Assembly (NCBI RefSeq): GCF_000485595.1 | Contig: NW_014577062.1 | Location: 334,849 to 394,725, forward strand | From: Priapulus caudatus | Taxonomy: Eukaryota | Length of the DNA stretch: 59,877 bases | Direction of reading: 5' to 3' | Part shown: piece by piece, positions 38,740 to 50,556 of the stretch | Numbering within the stretch: the first letter of the stretch is position 1 | Layout of the letters: each line of letters opens with the position of its first letter | Program-made: the position numbers and the translations under genes | Notes under the pieces: generated by a model | Told to the model about the DNA's origin: nothing | Database searches by the model: none | Seen by the model: the letters and a program-made list of their open reading frames with translations, nothing else

Positions 38740-41700
38740 TTTGCCGACTGAAAGTTGATTACTGGGAGCCAGGGCTTTCGATTTTGCCCAAAACCGTGTA
38801 CGACCGTGATTTTGCCATTTAATTCCGCTAAGGTTCATCAAAAGCTGCCATCTCAAAGTATACGGAGGTGGTAAACTGTCCGTTTGTGGTGAGAATGTTC
38901 AAGCAAAACTGGTGCATAATGATCAGGAAGTTGTGTTGCCATTCGTTGTAGTAGAGCAGTCTGGACCTGCTTTGCTTGGTAGGAATTGGCTCGGTAGCTT
39001 GAAGTTGAATTGGGCCAATATCTTTAGTATAGAGCTGCAACCCAAACCGCATACCATGGAGGATGTACTCGATAAGTAAAAGCGCGTATTCGAGAAGAAG
39101 CTAGGTACTGTAAAAGGATTTAAAGCAAGCATTAGGTTGAAGGAGGGGGCACAGCCTATCTTTCACAATGCTGGACCTGTGCCGTATGCGTTGAAGCCAA
39201 AAATTGACAAGAAACTGAACAGGTTTGAGTCAGAGGGAGTGATCAGGAAGGTTGAGAGGAGTGATTGGGCAGCGCCGATAGTATGTGTGCCTAAGAAAGA
39301 TGGCTCGATAAAAATCTGTGGTGATTTTAAGGTGTCTGTAAACACTGTGTTGCTTGATAACCCGTACCCGTTTCCAGATATCGAGGATATGTTTGCGACT
39401 ATGGGAGATGGCACCATGTTTAGTAAGATCGACCTTTCCAATGCCTATCAGCAGATGGAGCTAGATGAGGACAGTCGCCAGTATTTTACCATAAACATTC
39501 ATAGGGGGCTGTACCACTATACCCGTTTAACTTATGGAATCGCTTCTGCACCGAGTATGTTTTAATCCATAATGGATCAGGTGTTACAGGGACTGGACAC
39601 TGTTTAGTGTAGGATTGATGATATTGCGATTCGTACCACTCCACAGGAACATTTGTCTGTAGTCGAAGAAGTGTTGGCACGACTATATAAACACGGGATT
39701 CAGGCAAAAGAGGTGAAATGTGTCTTCGAGAAGCTAAGTATGGAGTACGTTGGGTACGAGGTGGACAAAGACGGCAGATATCCACTAAAGGATAAGGTCA
39801 CTGCGATTAAAAACGCTCCGCAACCGCAAAATGTTCGAGAGTTGAGATCTTATTTAGGCTTCTTGAATTTCTACGCGAACTTCATCCCGAACCTCAGCAC
39901 CCTGTTACATCCATTACATGAGCTGTTGAAGCAGGAAGTAGAGTGGAACTGGACTGAAAGTTGTGCTGAAGCTTTCAAGAGGAGCAAAACTGCGCTTTTA
40001 GAAAGTAACGCGTTAGTGCTCATACTTGCGACCGATGCTTCACCCTATGGGGTAGGAGCTGTGATTTCGCACGAGATTGATGGAGAGGAGCGACCAGTGG
40101 CATTTGCCTCCAGAACTCTCCCACCTAGTGAACAGAAATATTTGCAAATTAAAAAAGAAGCGCTTGCGATCGTTTATGGAGTTCGTAAATTCAATAAATA
40201 TCTCTATGGACGTCAGTTTGATCTCTTCACGGACCATCAACCGTTGGTAAAGATCTTGGGTCCCAAGACCGGTATTCCGACCTTAGCTGCTGCCCGAATG
40301 CAGCGTTGGGCAGTAATCCTACAAACCTATCAGTATACTGTGTCTTATCGCCGATCCGAGGATAATGCAAACGCATTATCACGCCTTCCAAGCCATGAGC
40401 CGGTAGAACGCAAAGATGTCGAGACAGCAGAGACATTCTTTTTCTCCAGCCTGGAGAAGCTGCCAGTCAGAGCAAAGGACATTGCAAAACGCACTAGTAG
40501 GGACACTGAGTTGAGGAGAGTAGAGTGCGTCACTACATCCAGAATGGTTGGCCTGGATATTTGAAGCCTGAGGAGGAGAAGCTGAAACCCTATTTCTTGA
40601 GGAGAAATAAACTGTCTACCTTGCAAAATTGCATAATGTGGGGTATGCGGGTGCTTATTCCTACGGAATTTCGGACCAGGCTCCTGCAAGAATTACATGA
40701 AGGGCACCAAGGAATTGTGTCAACCAAGTCTATCGCGCGAAGTTATATGTGGTGGCCCGGACTCGACCAGGACATTGAACAGTTAATAGAGGGGTGCACC
40801 GTTTGCCAAGCAGTCAGGAGGAGCCCTCCAGTGGTACCGCTGCATCCCTGGAAGTGGCCTACTCGCGTGTTTCAGCGAGTGCATGTGGATTTTGCAGAGA
40901 AGACTGGGGACCATTTCTTCATACTGGTGGACAGCCACTCAAAGGATCATCAAAACACTCATGGATCGAAGTAGCACACATGCGCTCGACTAAACCAGAG
41001 AAAACCATTGAAGTTTTGAGATCTTGGTTCTCACGGTATGGGCTACCCGAAACATTGTGTTCAGATAACGGACCGCAATTCATAGCAGAAGAGTTTGCGC
41101 TGTTCTTGAAACGGAATGGTGGCCGCCATATTCTTGTTCCACCCTATCACCCAGCCTCTAACGGAGCTGCAGAGAGGTCAGTGCAAATTGTCAAGAGAGC
41201 ACTACTGAAGGAAATCGAGAAAGTGAAGCAAGGGGGTGAAAATCTGCCTATGGGACATCGACTGGCAAATTGCTTGATCCGCTACAGGAATACACCGCAT
41301 TCCGTTACTGGACAGACACTGTCAGAACTGTTCCTTGGCCGCAGAGCACGTACAAGATTCAGCGTGCTAGTGCCAAATCTTGAAGAGCATGTAGTTGACA
41401 AACAGTCGCAGCAGAAATATCAGCATGATCGAAGCAGAGTGAAATTCCGTGAATTTGGACCGAATGATGCTGTCAGTGTAAAAAATCATAGTGACTCTAA
41501 CACTAAGTGGTCTCTGAGAACAGTGGTGAAATGCATGGGACCAACATCCTATTTGGTTCGGGTTGGGCGTAGTTTGAGGCATGTCCATGTAAACCACCTA
41601 CTCAAGTTTGAGGGCAAGAAGGGGTTAACGGAGCCAGAGAATGCTGTGTTGGAAAAGCCTGGGGAGTTTTACCCTCCAGTTGGTCCTAGACTGGCCACAG

Positions 41701-41897
41701 TTCCAAAAGACAGTGTTGATTCTCCAATAGTAAGCACTCAGCAGCCCACCGAGACTGCTATTCCTAGTGAGAACAATGACCTTGATCTGGGGACACACGC
41801 TAGTTCTAATTCTAGCCCTGTGGTTCCAGAGACTCCTGTTGTTTCACTCAAGGTGTCTACCCGTATCCGCAAACCGGTAGACAGACTCAATTTATGA
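38740..41897 (+). pseudogene. pol: pol (protease, RT, RNase H, integrase), disrupted
   Basis: PR: VDTGA near 38755 (frameshifted) and GPALLGRNWL. RT: WAAPIVCVPKKDG, FSKIDLSNAY, YGIASAP, RIDD. RNase H: TDASPYGVGAV, TDHQPL. IN: HEGHQG..CTVC, VHVDF, SDNGPQF, SNGAAERSV. Stops at 39563 and 39605; frameshifts near 40530 and 40950. Confidence 0.95.
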
Positions 41898-42209
41898 ACG
41901 GACTATAGGCCTACAGTGCCTACTGTGTTCAGTGTTGTGAAATTGACAGTATGGCTATTTGCCGAGTTCACGAGTTAAAGTTAGTTACCAATTCTGGTTA
42001 CTCCTCTATATTTTGGGAGTGTTCAAGTGTTACGACAAGTCAGTTTTAGGAGAAGAGAAGAAAGAAAACGTTACGGTATTCTGTTAAAGCGGTATTTCAG
42101 AAAATAGACATTTTCATAATGGAAATTTGCCAAACGTGCAGAGTAATTATTTTGGATAGTCTAAATAAGACAGAGATCTACAAGTTTAGAGTTGGTTGAG
42201 TTTGAGTCT

Positions 42210-42223
42210 AAAAAGGGGAGGAG
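42210..42223 (+). promoter_or_regulatory. Polypurine tract
   Basis: AAAAAGGGGAGGAG abuts the 3' LTR. Confidence 0.9.
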
Positions 42224-42392
42224 TGTAATGTATTAGGTTTTTAATAGAGCAATAGTTACCGCTGTACGGTGGCGGCGCCACCCGGTTCTAACTGAGAAAT
42301 AAAAGATGGATGATTATACGACAAACTATTGAATATTAGTCCTTTACTAAGGCCGGGAGCCGGGCATAGAGCCGAGGTGCGAGGACATAACA
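42224..42392 (+). repeat. 3' LTR
   Basis: 169 bp. About 6 substitutions and one 4-bp indel relative to the clean 5' LTR at 46023-46195. Confidence 0.95.
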
Positions 42393-42961
42393 AAAGTTTT
42401 TATTCTACTCATGCTAGAGATAGCAGAACACGATACGGTCGGTCTCATTATAATTTAGTAATTTACAATTACGGCTGCTCACGACTAACGTGAAAATTTT
42501 TAACAAGCATCGCATTATTATAGCAAAATTTTTACCGCATCAATTTCGCATACTTGGACAACCGAGTTTTGCTTGAATCTTGGTGTAAGAATAAAATAAT
42601 TGCATCCCATTTGTTATCTAAAATTACGAAGCACTCCGTCACTAATATATAGGTATGATGCCCGCATGCATGTTCTAGGCATATTACCTCCAAGAATTAC
42701 AAAGAGTCGTTGAGTCAATGTCCAAGTGTTTACGCGAGATAATATTAACAGTCTGTATTTCAATACAGTATATAGTATATTTACTATATTCCGTTGAAAC
42801 GCAATATGTCGTCAAAATATCAGTTATCTATTAAACTTATAACATCTTCGCAGGTTGGCATTCTTGCGAGAACTCATTGTGTGTGAATTACATATTAAAG
42901 TTTGTTTCACAACTTGGCGCCTCGTCTCTAGTTGGATTGCATTGGCGCTCAACGTCATATT

Positions 42962-43133
42962 ATACGTGACATCATACGTGACATCATACGTGACATCATA
43001 CGTGACATCATACGTGACATCATACGTGACATCATACGTGACATCATACGTGACATCATACGTGTCACCATACGTGACATCATACGTGTCACCATACGTG
43101 ACATCATAATGACATTATACGTGACATTATACG
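42962..43133. repeat. 12-bp minisatellite (CATACGTGACAT)n, about 14 copies
   Basis: Exact 12-nt period with a few variants. Confidence 0.95.
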
Positions 43134-45528
43134 TTGAAATGCTTCATGAAGCCGACTACATAAACATTAATAGTGATTATATATATAAGAGAACTAAAAT
43201 AATTGTCCTCATAGAGATAAAGTTCCTCTTTAGAGAACAAGGAGCAAAAAACGTCAGCCATCAAATTTATTCTAAAGGACGGCGCTATAAATTCTGTATA
43301 TAGATGGGGATTTAAAGAGAGAAATTAATAGACATATATTATTCATATTTGCATTAATATTAACTAAAATGCGGGAATATTATATGCACTGACGTTGGAA
43401 GCAGTGTCCGAAAAAAAAAATGACTGTATTAGCAAATAGATCTATATACTAAAAGGTACTGACGAGTAAAACGGCTTAAATAAATTTACGTATTATTTTT
43501 CATTACCGGCTTTAAAAATTTAGCAAGGCTTGCAATCGTATTACCACTGATGCGTGTATAGCTATATATAGAACAAAATCGTCGGAAACTGCAAAACAGC
43601 CGCGATGACGAATTGAAAATATCTGCGCATGCGCACAGTCGTATGTCATCCTCGCACAGGGCGGGCTCCCTATGTAATATCTTACTGATTGCAGTCGGCA
43701 GTTATCTGAGCAATAAGTCATAGTGCGTGGCTAGATAATGACACAAAAAATATTACGAGACTCGCAAATCTTTAACAGGCCCTCCCGTTCTAATTATAAA
43801 TCAATAGAATCTCGTAATTAACGTTTAATTACGCGCTAATTTTTATAAAGTACGAATTTTTGAAATAATAAAATAATAGAATCGTAAGCTGATTACTCGG
43901 CAACGTTATTTCATACCATTTACGTAGGAAAAGTAGAGGGTTATTAAATAATCCGAGCAAAATGCATGAGCTTGTTGAATCCCCATGGCCTTCTAAGACG
44001 TGGCGTCTAATCGCTCAATGCTTCATGATTGTATTTTATTTTATATTTTTTTATTGTATCGTATTTTATGGAGCACACCATCCAGCTGAACTATTACTCA
44101 TCAAAATTTATCAGTAACAGCGCAGCGACGGGTGAGGCAACCGCTTCATTGTCGTCGCTTCCGTCACAGACAGACGCAGAAAGCGTGTGTATGTCGACTA
44201 AAAGACTATAAAAAAAAACTAAAAAGCATCTAGCTCCCTGAACCACACCTTTAATGGCATTTAAATCCCACATTCCTTATCTTGCCGAAAGAATAAACGA
44301 TATCCCAATGGTGGCAGAACTACACTCTATTCTATCGAGCACGAAGGAGGCCATTTTGTTGAGATACCTTTTCATAAACATGGCACGAGCCTTTTCAATG
44401 TTTTCGAGTTATGTCAAATGCATCAATAGATGTTTAGGCCTACGCTAGCTCGATAGACACTAGCAACGATGATCGTGTGCACGCCGCCCGCACTCGCTAA
44501 ATCCGTTACAGGTTGACCAACCTGAGCATACGAGACATATATAGCAGGCGTACGTGCCCCAGTCTGGTGACTCCTTGTATGTGGTGGCCTATAATCTGCT
44601 TACAGCTCGTTACGTAAAGCTCTTATGTGATTACAAACGAGTAATCACTCGCTTTCCATTAGACAAAGACGTTACGGATCACAGATTAACTACCACAGGT
44701 GTGCCACTCCGTGTGCAATACGACCAAGGAGGCACTGCGCATAGAGGTAACGAGTCTCACTAGATCACGACGACATAAACCACGTTACTCGTGACGGAAG
44801 CGTTGGGTCGTATTAAAATTTAAAAAGGCTGACAGCGATGTCAATGATAATTATGCAATGTGGCGCGCGTTTCTTGCAAAATTACAGCATCGTGAGACAG
44901 TGACGGAAGTTATGGTCGCACTTATACGGCCCGGTTCAACACGTTCATATAAGTTTTCAAATTAAATTCAAAATCACACGACGGTTTTTCTCGCGTTGTG
45001 AGCTTTCGTGACTATCGTTGCGCTGTGACGTTGATTACTGACCGAAGTTATTTGCTCAACGTGCGCATATTACGCAAGCCTCGCGCATATATACGTCCTA
45101 GCTGACATCAGCATACCACCAACTAGTCCTATACGCTATAAGAGCATGTAATTTCGTACGAGTTTATTAGATTGCCTTTCTATTTTCAAAGAGAAAACTT
45201 CGCGAAATTAACGGCGTTTTATTCGCACGCAAGCTCGACGCTCTCTCCTCGCGCTTATTTCATTCTCGTTCTCTCACACACTGTCTCTTTCTAGCGCGTC
45301 CTCCGTCGTTTTTCTCGGATTTCATCTTTCCATTGCTCTCTGTCTCTCTCACACGTTTCCTCGTTTAACACGTAGATATTTTTCTCTTTCGTCTTTACGA
45401 TATTCCCGCGGCGTTTCATGTCATCGAGAGCTGCTCATTATGCGTACGTATAAGCAGTGAGTATAAAGCAGTGCGAATAACATCACATATATATATGTCT
45501 ATTTCCTTCGTGTTCCCAAACGCGCGCG

Positions 45529-45587
<59 letters not shown>

Positions 45588-45875
45588 GTTTTGTGCATGT
45601 GTGTGTGCGCGAGAGAGGGAGAGGGCGAGTGCGAAAGAAATATAGAACGTAATATAGAAAGAGTAAGTGGTGAGAATCATCAAATCAGATGTCAATTATC
45701 CATCATCTGAGCACATATTTCATCAGCAAAAGAGTCAAGGTTGACTGGTGACAACATGCACCTGCTTCAGTCCTTGAAATGTCACAAAGTCAGCAGACTA
45801 ATTAATAAATCACTTAGCTTAGTTTTAAAACAGGCAGTGTTAGAAAGGTTTGCAGTCCATTTAATAGGGCCGTGC

Positions 45876-45946
45876 CTGCTACTGCGACTGCTACTGCTAC
45901 TGCTACTGTCGCTGCCACTGCCGCTGCCACTGCCACTGCTACTGCC
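45876..45946. repeat. (CTGCTA/CTGCCA)n hexamer repeat
   Basis: 6-nt period. Confidence 0.85.
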
Positions 45947-45952
45947 AGTGCA

Positions 45953-46932
45953 TTTAACCTTTGTTAAACATACTTACAGCAGCGTACGGTAATAACATGC
46001 ACGGTGTAATTGTAATAAAAGTTGTAATGTATTAGGTTTTCAATAGAGTAATAGTTACCGCTGTACGGTGGCGCCGCCACCCGGTTCTAACTGAGAAATA
46101 AAAGATGAATGAATGATTATACGACAAGCTATTGAATATTAGTCCTTTACTAAGGCCGGGAGCCGGGCATAGAGCCGAGGTTCGAGGACATAACAGTGGC
46201 GACGAGGTAGTTAAAATCTTGGAGATTCGTTGGATGCATGATGGCAGCCATAAGTTTGGAAATTGGAGCCGTAAGGCCGTTCGATATGACAGGGCATGCT
46301 TCCAAGTTGGGACCACGCTGAACCAAATGGAAGAAATCGTTCCAGTACTTTCTCGACGCAAAAGCGGTGGTAAATGCGCCACAAAAACGGGCATTGTTGC
46401 TGCACACGGCGGGGCCAGAAGTACAAGAACTGTTTGACACTTTGCCAGACCCTGGTCCAGGCCCAACCAGAGTAGATGCGAACGGGAGGGAAATCCCGGA
46501 GGCATCATGTGTGTATACAAATGCTGTACGTACATTGGATAGATACTTTATCACTAAGGTCAATGAGCCCTATGAAAGACATGTTTTCCGTGGATTGTCT
46601 CAGGATTCTGGGGAGACTGTAGATAAATTTGTGTCACGTCTTCGTGCCCAGGCAAAGTTCTGTAATTTCCAGAATGTTGACGAGGAAATTCGGGATCAGT
46701 TGATTGAATAGTGTTCTTCAGCTAAACTGAGGCGAAAATGTCTTGAGCAAGACAGACTAACATTAGCCAGAGCTTGTGAGTTGGCGCGTGCATATGAAGC
46801 TGTAGACTATCAGATTAAGTCAATGGGTAGTAGTGAGGCCACGAGTAGTGAAAATGGAACCATTCAGTTTCAGTCAGCCGTGAAAAGTTCAGCGCACAAG
46901 GGTGGCTATGGTAAGCCATCCAAGTTCAAAAA
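45953..46932 (+). mobile_element. Second, clean rendition of the same Gypsy 5' end: flank, LTR 46023-46195, PBS 46197-46207, gag from 46238; ends at a gap
   Basis: Shares about 70 bp of upstream flank, the AAAGT TSD and both gag stop codons (46319 TGA, 46709 TAG) with 37447-38436. Confidence 0.9.
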
Positions 46933-46942
46933 NNNNNNNNNN

Positions 46943-46995
46943 ACTCAATCACGCACGCGCACGCGCACGCGCAAGCACGCACGCATGCACACACG

Positions 46996-47036
<41 letters not shown>

Positions 47037-48398
47037 ATTACCAGGCCAAACATGTTCACGTCTAATCCTTGTATATGATCGAGCTTATTTCGAATTTCCG
47101 TTTCGCGCCATGTCTTTCTGTCAGCGTTAATTTCTCTTTGCGAATGCGATCCTCCTCATTGCTGTGCGAAAGCTTGTGTACACAGCCAGCCTCACTCATC
47201 GAGTGCGTGTGAGAGACAACGGTGCTGACATGGAGCGAGACCGAAGGAAGCTGGCTATGCACAGCTCTTGCCTGTCATTGACCGCTCTGCCCTTTGCGTC
47301 AGTCTCCTTCCATACAAATGAGCTATATAGCTTGCGCCTGTCTCGTGTTTTCACACGCGAAGTGATACTTTCACAGACCCACGCATTGCCAGCGCCTGCG
47401 ATCCTCGTGGTGTTCCGCTGATGTCGGATTTATGATGATAATGAGAAATGTTGCGTAGATATATTCATATAGAGATTACCACGCTCACAAATCGTCAGAG
47501 TATTTTGCAAAATTACAGTTTGAATTGAGCAGTAATCAACACGAGCATTTTAACGCAATGGCACGCAGCCTGTTTGTGCGACGTGACGTAACAAGAAATA
47601 ACACCGTATCACGAACCGTGTATTCAGCTTTGAATGCGGGAATGTTTAAACCTCCATTTACAGCGAAGCAAAATGAACTCAACGGCCACCTGCTCACACA
47701 CATGTTTTTACATTTGCTCTATGAAAAGTTAAAACGAAAATATTTACCTATCTTTTCTATGTGTTTTCAGAAAACACAATGGCCCCGACTATTGCAGTCT
47801 GAAATGCTATCTGTTTGAGATGTGTTAGCTGTAGCAAATCAATGAACATTTTCCCCATCGTTTCGCTGAAGGGGTCGTTGTCGTATCAGGTACTACAGAT
47901 ATGTACCCGAAGTACGTATATGTATACACAAGTGTACCAGACCTGTATCTTCTCAGCATATATGTACCCTGTGTTTACATAAACGTACCTGCCCCGCGGG
48001 CGAGTTTTTAAACCGTAGGATGGCGACGCTAGATTGATGAATCACGCGTCTCTGATTGGTACGTGCGGTCGAGGTCCTATCCCAGAAACCACCGCAGCCT
48101 ACGCCCTACTCTCTAACCCTAACCCTAGCCCTAACCCTAACCCTAATTAAATTTAATTAATTAATTAAAATTTAATGATTGGTGCATGCATCGGTGCGGT
48201 GGTTTCTGGGATAGCCTGCTGTGAGGGGTAAACCCAACGCACCAATCAGAGACGCGTGATACATCAATCTGGCGTCGCCATCCTACGGTTTAAAAACTTG
48301 CGCCCCGCGAGCAGCATATGAAACCACGCGATAAAGTACGAGAATGTCGTAAACCTTCAAAACAAGAGAACAAACGCCATTTGTAAATGTTTGTTTTG
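46943..48398 (+). repeat. Duplicated block, with a noisier copy at about 52940-54482
   Basis: Collinear from the CA-rich tract to CCATTTG(C)TAAATGTTTGTTTTG. Confidence 0.85.
47999..48301. mobile_element. MITE with ~65-bp TIRs, internal (CCCTAA)n and an 8-bp flanking direct repeat
   Basis: GGCGAGTTTTTAAACCGTAGGATGGCGACG... is inverted at 48237-48301. Inner inverted pair TATCCCAGAAACCACCGCA / TGCGGTGGTTTCTGGGATA. CCCTAA repeats at 48113-48146. GCCCCGCG at 47991-47998 and 48302-48309. Confidence 0.8.
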
Positions 48399-48509
48399 AG
48401 ATGGATGGATGGATGCATGGATGGATGCATGGATAGATAGATAGTTCGATTTTTTTGGGCATTTTCTTTTCAACCAAGCGGTCACCAACTGAGTAACGCC
48501 ATTGATTTT

Positions 48510-48536
48510 CCCGGGCAACGCCGGGTATCCCGCTAG
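48510..48536 (+). mobile_element. Helitron-like 3' terminus
   Basis: Hairpin CCCGG-GCAACG-CCGGG followed 7 nt later by CTAG|T. The 5' end was not identified. Confidence 0.6.
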
Positions 48537-49857
48537 TGTTATTATATACAGTTTAGTGATTTCAAAGCGTATTTGTCTACACATTTTGACATCAACAGCA
48601 CGTGAATCTCGCATCTCACGAGATGCTATCGACTGGCCCGTTGTCTCTGCTCTATGTTACCTTTGTCTACGTGTCGAGATAGGGTTGCAGTCTAAAACAA
48701 ATTACGCCACGTGGACTTGTTTTGTTGCAGCATTTTCATACCTATTTTTTGCGAATCCTAGAAATGCTGGAGCGAGTTTCTTGTTCAATTGCTGTTTTAT
48801 AGTCCATAACAGCACAAACGTATTGTAATTGCTTTGCTGAAGTAATCAGTAAAACCTCCATGATTAGATCGGGCCGAATTTGTCTTTATGTTATAATTTT
48901 TTTATTTATCTAAGAGATAATAATTTTAAAGCCTGCAAACTTGAGATGCGCGGATTAATTTTTGGACATGGATGTGCGCATGCTTTAACCTACACGCAAA
49001 ATTACTTTTAACCATTTGCTGTAGAGATAATTCGTGAATGCCGCGTATTGTCAGGGCCGTAATTTGTTTGGCGGCAAGTGGCTGCCCCTGAAACAAGAAA
49101 TTTCGCTAAATTAATGTAGATAGTCATCAAATTGTTGTAGAATAATATAGGGGGAAAACCTCTGAATAATATTATTACACTCGTTTGTTATTTGTTGAAA
49201 CCGTAAAATGGTATTCTCTCATTTCATATGGAGTCATGATTTTGTACCACAATCTCAGCCTACGCTACTGAATACCCTGCACTGGTGTGGCAATTGCGAG
49301 CTGTGTAAAATCATGCTGATGCTTATACCCTATGTGTTTAAGCAGAATGAGATAATATAGGCCAGTGAACGTGTGAACGTGAAATAGAGTGAAACGAAAT
49401 TTATCAATTTAACAAGCAAATATTGAAATCACCTACAGCCGTAACAATGGCATATGTTCACGCGCATTTCGCGTTTCACGAGTCTCGTTCCACTCGTTTC
49501 ATGTATATGGTATCGGTACGCATCTTTCCGGGTAATAGGCCTACTGTTGGGAGTTATCTGAAGCGAATGCGTCGTGCACTCGTCATACGTGTCTCAGACA
49601 TCGAACCACCGCGTGTCTGTAGCGTAGATCCTACGGCGTAGGAAAATCACAGGCTGGTAATCGGCGCCATCTGGAGCTGAAAATCGTGATTATTCTATCA
49701 TTGCGTGCTAGTTAATTTTAAACATTACACAACTGATCCGCTGAAACGGCTGTAATCTTTACTTAATCCCCACTAGGTGGCGCGATCATGCAGCTTTGGC
49801 TAGGTACTCTAGCTTTGTCGTTTTCGCACATTTTTTTAAATGTCTTCGCGAGTATTA

Positions 49858-50053
49858 CAGGGGCGTAGTGAGGGGTGATTCCAGGCATTCCCGAATCCCC
49901 CTGGTTTGTATCAAAATAGCACATATCTGATACAGTATGTATGTAAAAGCATGAAACGAAAATTTTAACGAAGTTTTATTAGTATATAGTAGGTTTGGAA
50001 TCCCCCCTCTTCGAAAGAATCCCCCCTTCTTGGAAAGGCTGGCTACGCCCCTG
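49858..50053. mobile_element. CAGGGGCG-terminated MITE with 5-bp TSD (hAT5-like)
   Basis: TIR CAGGGGCGTAG / CTACGCCCCTG. TATTA at 49853-49857 and 50054-50058. Subterminal GAATCCCCC repeats. Confidence 0.8.
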
Positions 50054-50273
50054 TATTATGGTGAGATGCGGAACGTGAATGCATACGTTTCTCGCTCCTA
50101 ATATTGTATCATGTGTAACGTACATGTACACGTACTACAAAGCAAGGCTTACTTCACGGCTGCTGTGCCGATAATGCTGCCGCATGAGATCTAGCGAAAT
50201 CAATCGTTACTATCCGCAAGATGGCGGTGCGTGCTTGTCTGCTAGATTCCTAGTGTTTACGTCATGCGGGTAG

Positions 50274-50556
50274 GGGAAATGCTATCCCCCGGGCGTGGAG
50301 GGACAGTACCGCAATGTGGCAGCACTAGTGTTAGGATTAGGGTTAGGATCAAGGTTAGGGTTAGGGTTAGGGTTAGGGTTAGGGTTAGGGTTAGGGTTAG
50401 GGTTAGCGTTAGGGTTAGGGTTAGGGTTAGGGATATAAGGCCATGTCTAGTACGGAAGTATGACTATGGAATCTTTCTGTGGAAGATTTGGACTTTGAAG
50501 TATACGTCAACTGTATCACGTGACTGTCCTTCCACGCCCGGGGGATAGCAACACCC
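50274..50556 (+). mobile_element. Telomere-repeat-bearing MITE with a perfect 9-bp TSD (Mutator-like)
   Basis: TIR GGG..TGCTATCCCCCGGGCGTGGARGGACAGT. TGCGGGTAG at 50265-50273 and 50557-50565. 17 in-register hexamers (13 perfect TTAGGG) at 50331-50432. Confidence 0.85.

Larger units (their letters stand above)
37519..42392 (+). mobile_element. Near full-length decayed Ty3/Gypsy LTR retrotransposon (Mag-like)
   Basis: TGTAA...TAACA LTRs. TSD AAAGT at 37514-37518 and 42393-42397. PBS and PPT present. Domain order gag-PR-RT-RNaseH-IN. Short LTRs, two Zn knuckles and a tRNA-Ser PBS are typical of Mag. Confidence 0.95.

Noticed and set aside
41600..42209. Chromodomain or env gene in the retrotransposon
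   Set aside because: The integrase tail is low-complexity and ends RIRKPVDRLNL, and only about 310 bp of non-coding sequence precedes the PPT.
49052..49090. Short CAGGG...CCCCTG segment
   Set aside because: Weak inverted repeat and no TSD.
50331..50432. True telomere or chromosome-fusion scar
   Set aside because: The tract is short, in a single orientation, and enclosed by TIRs and a TSD.
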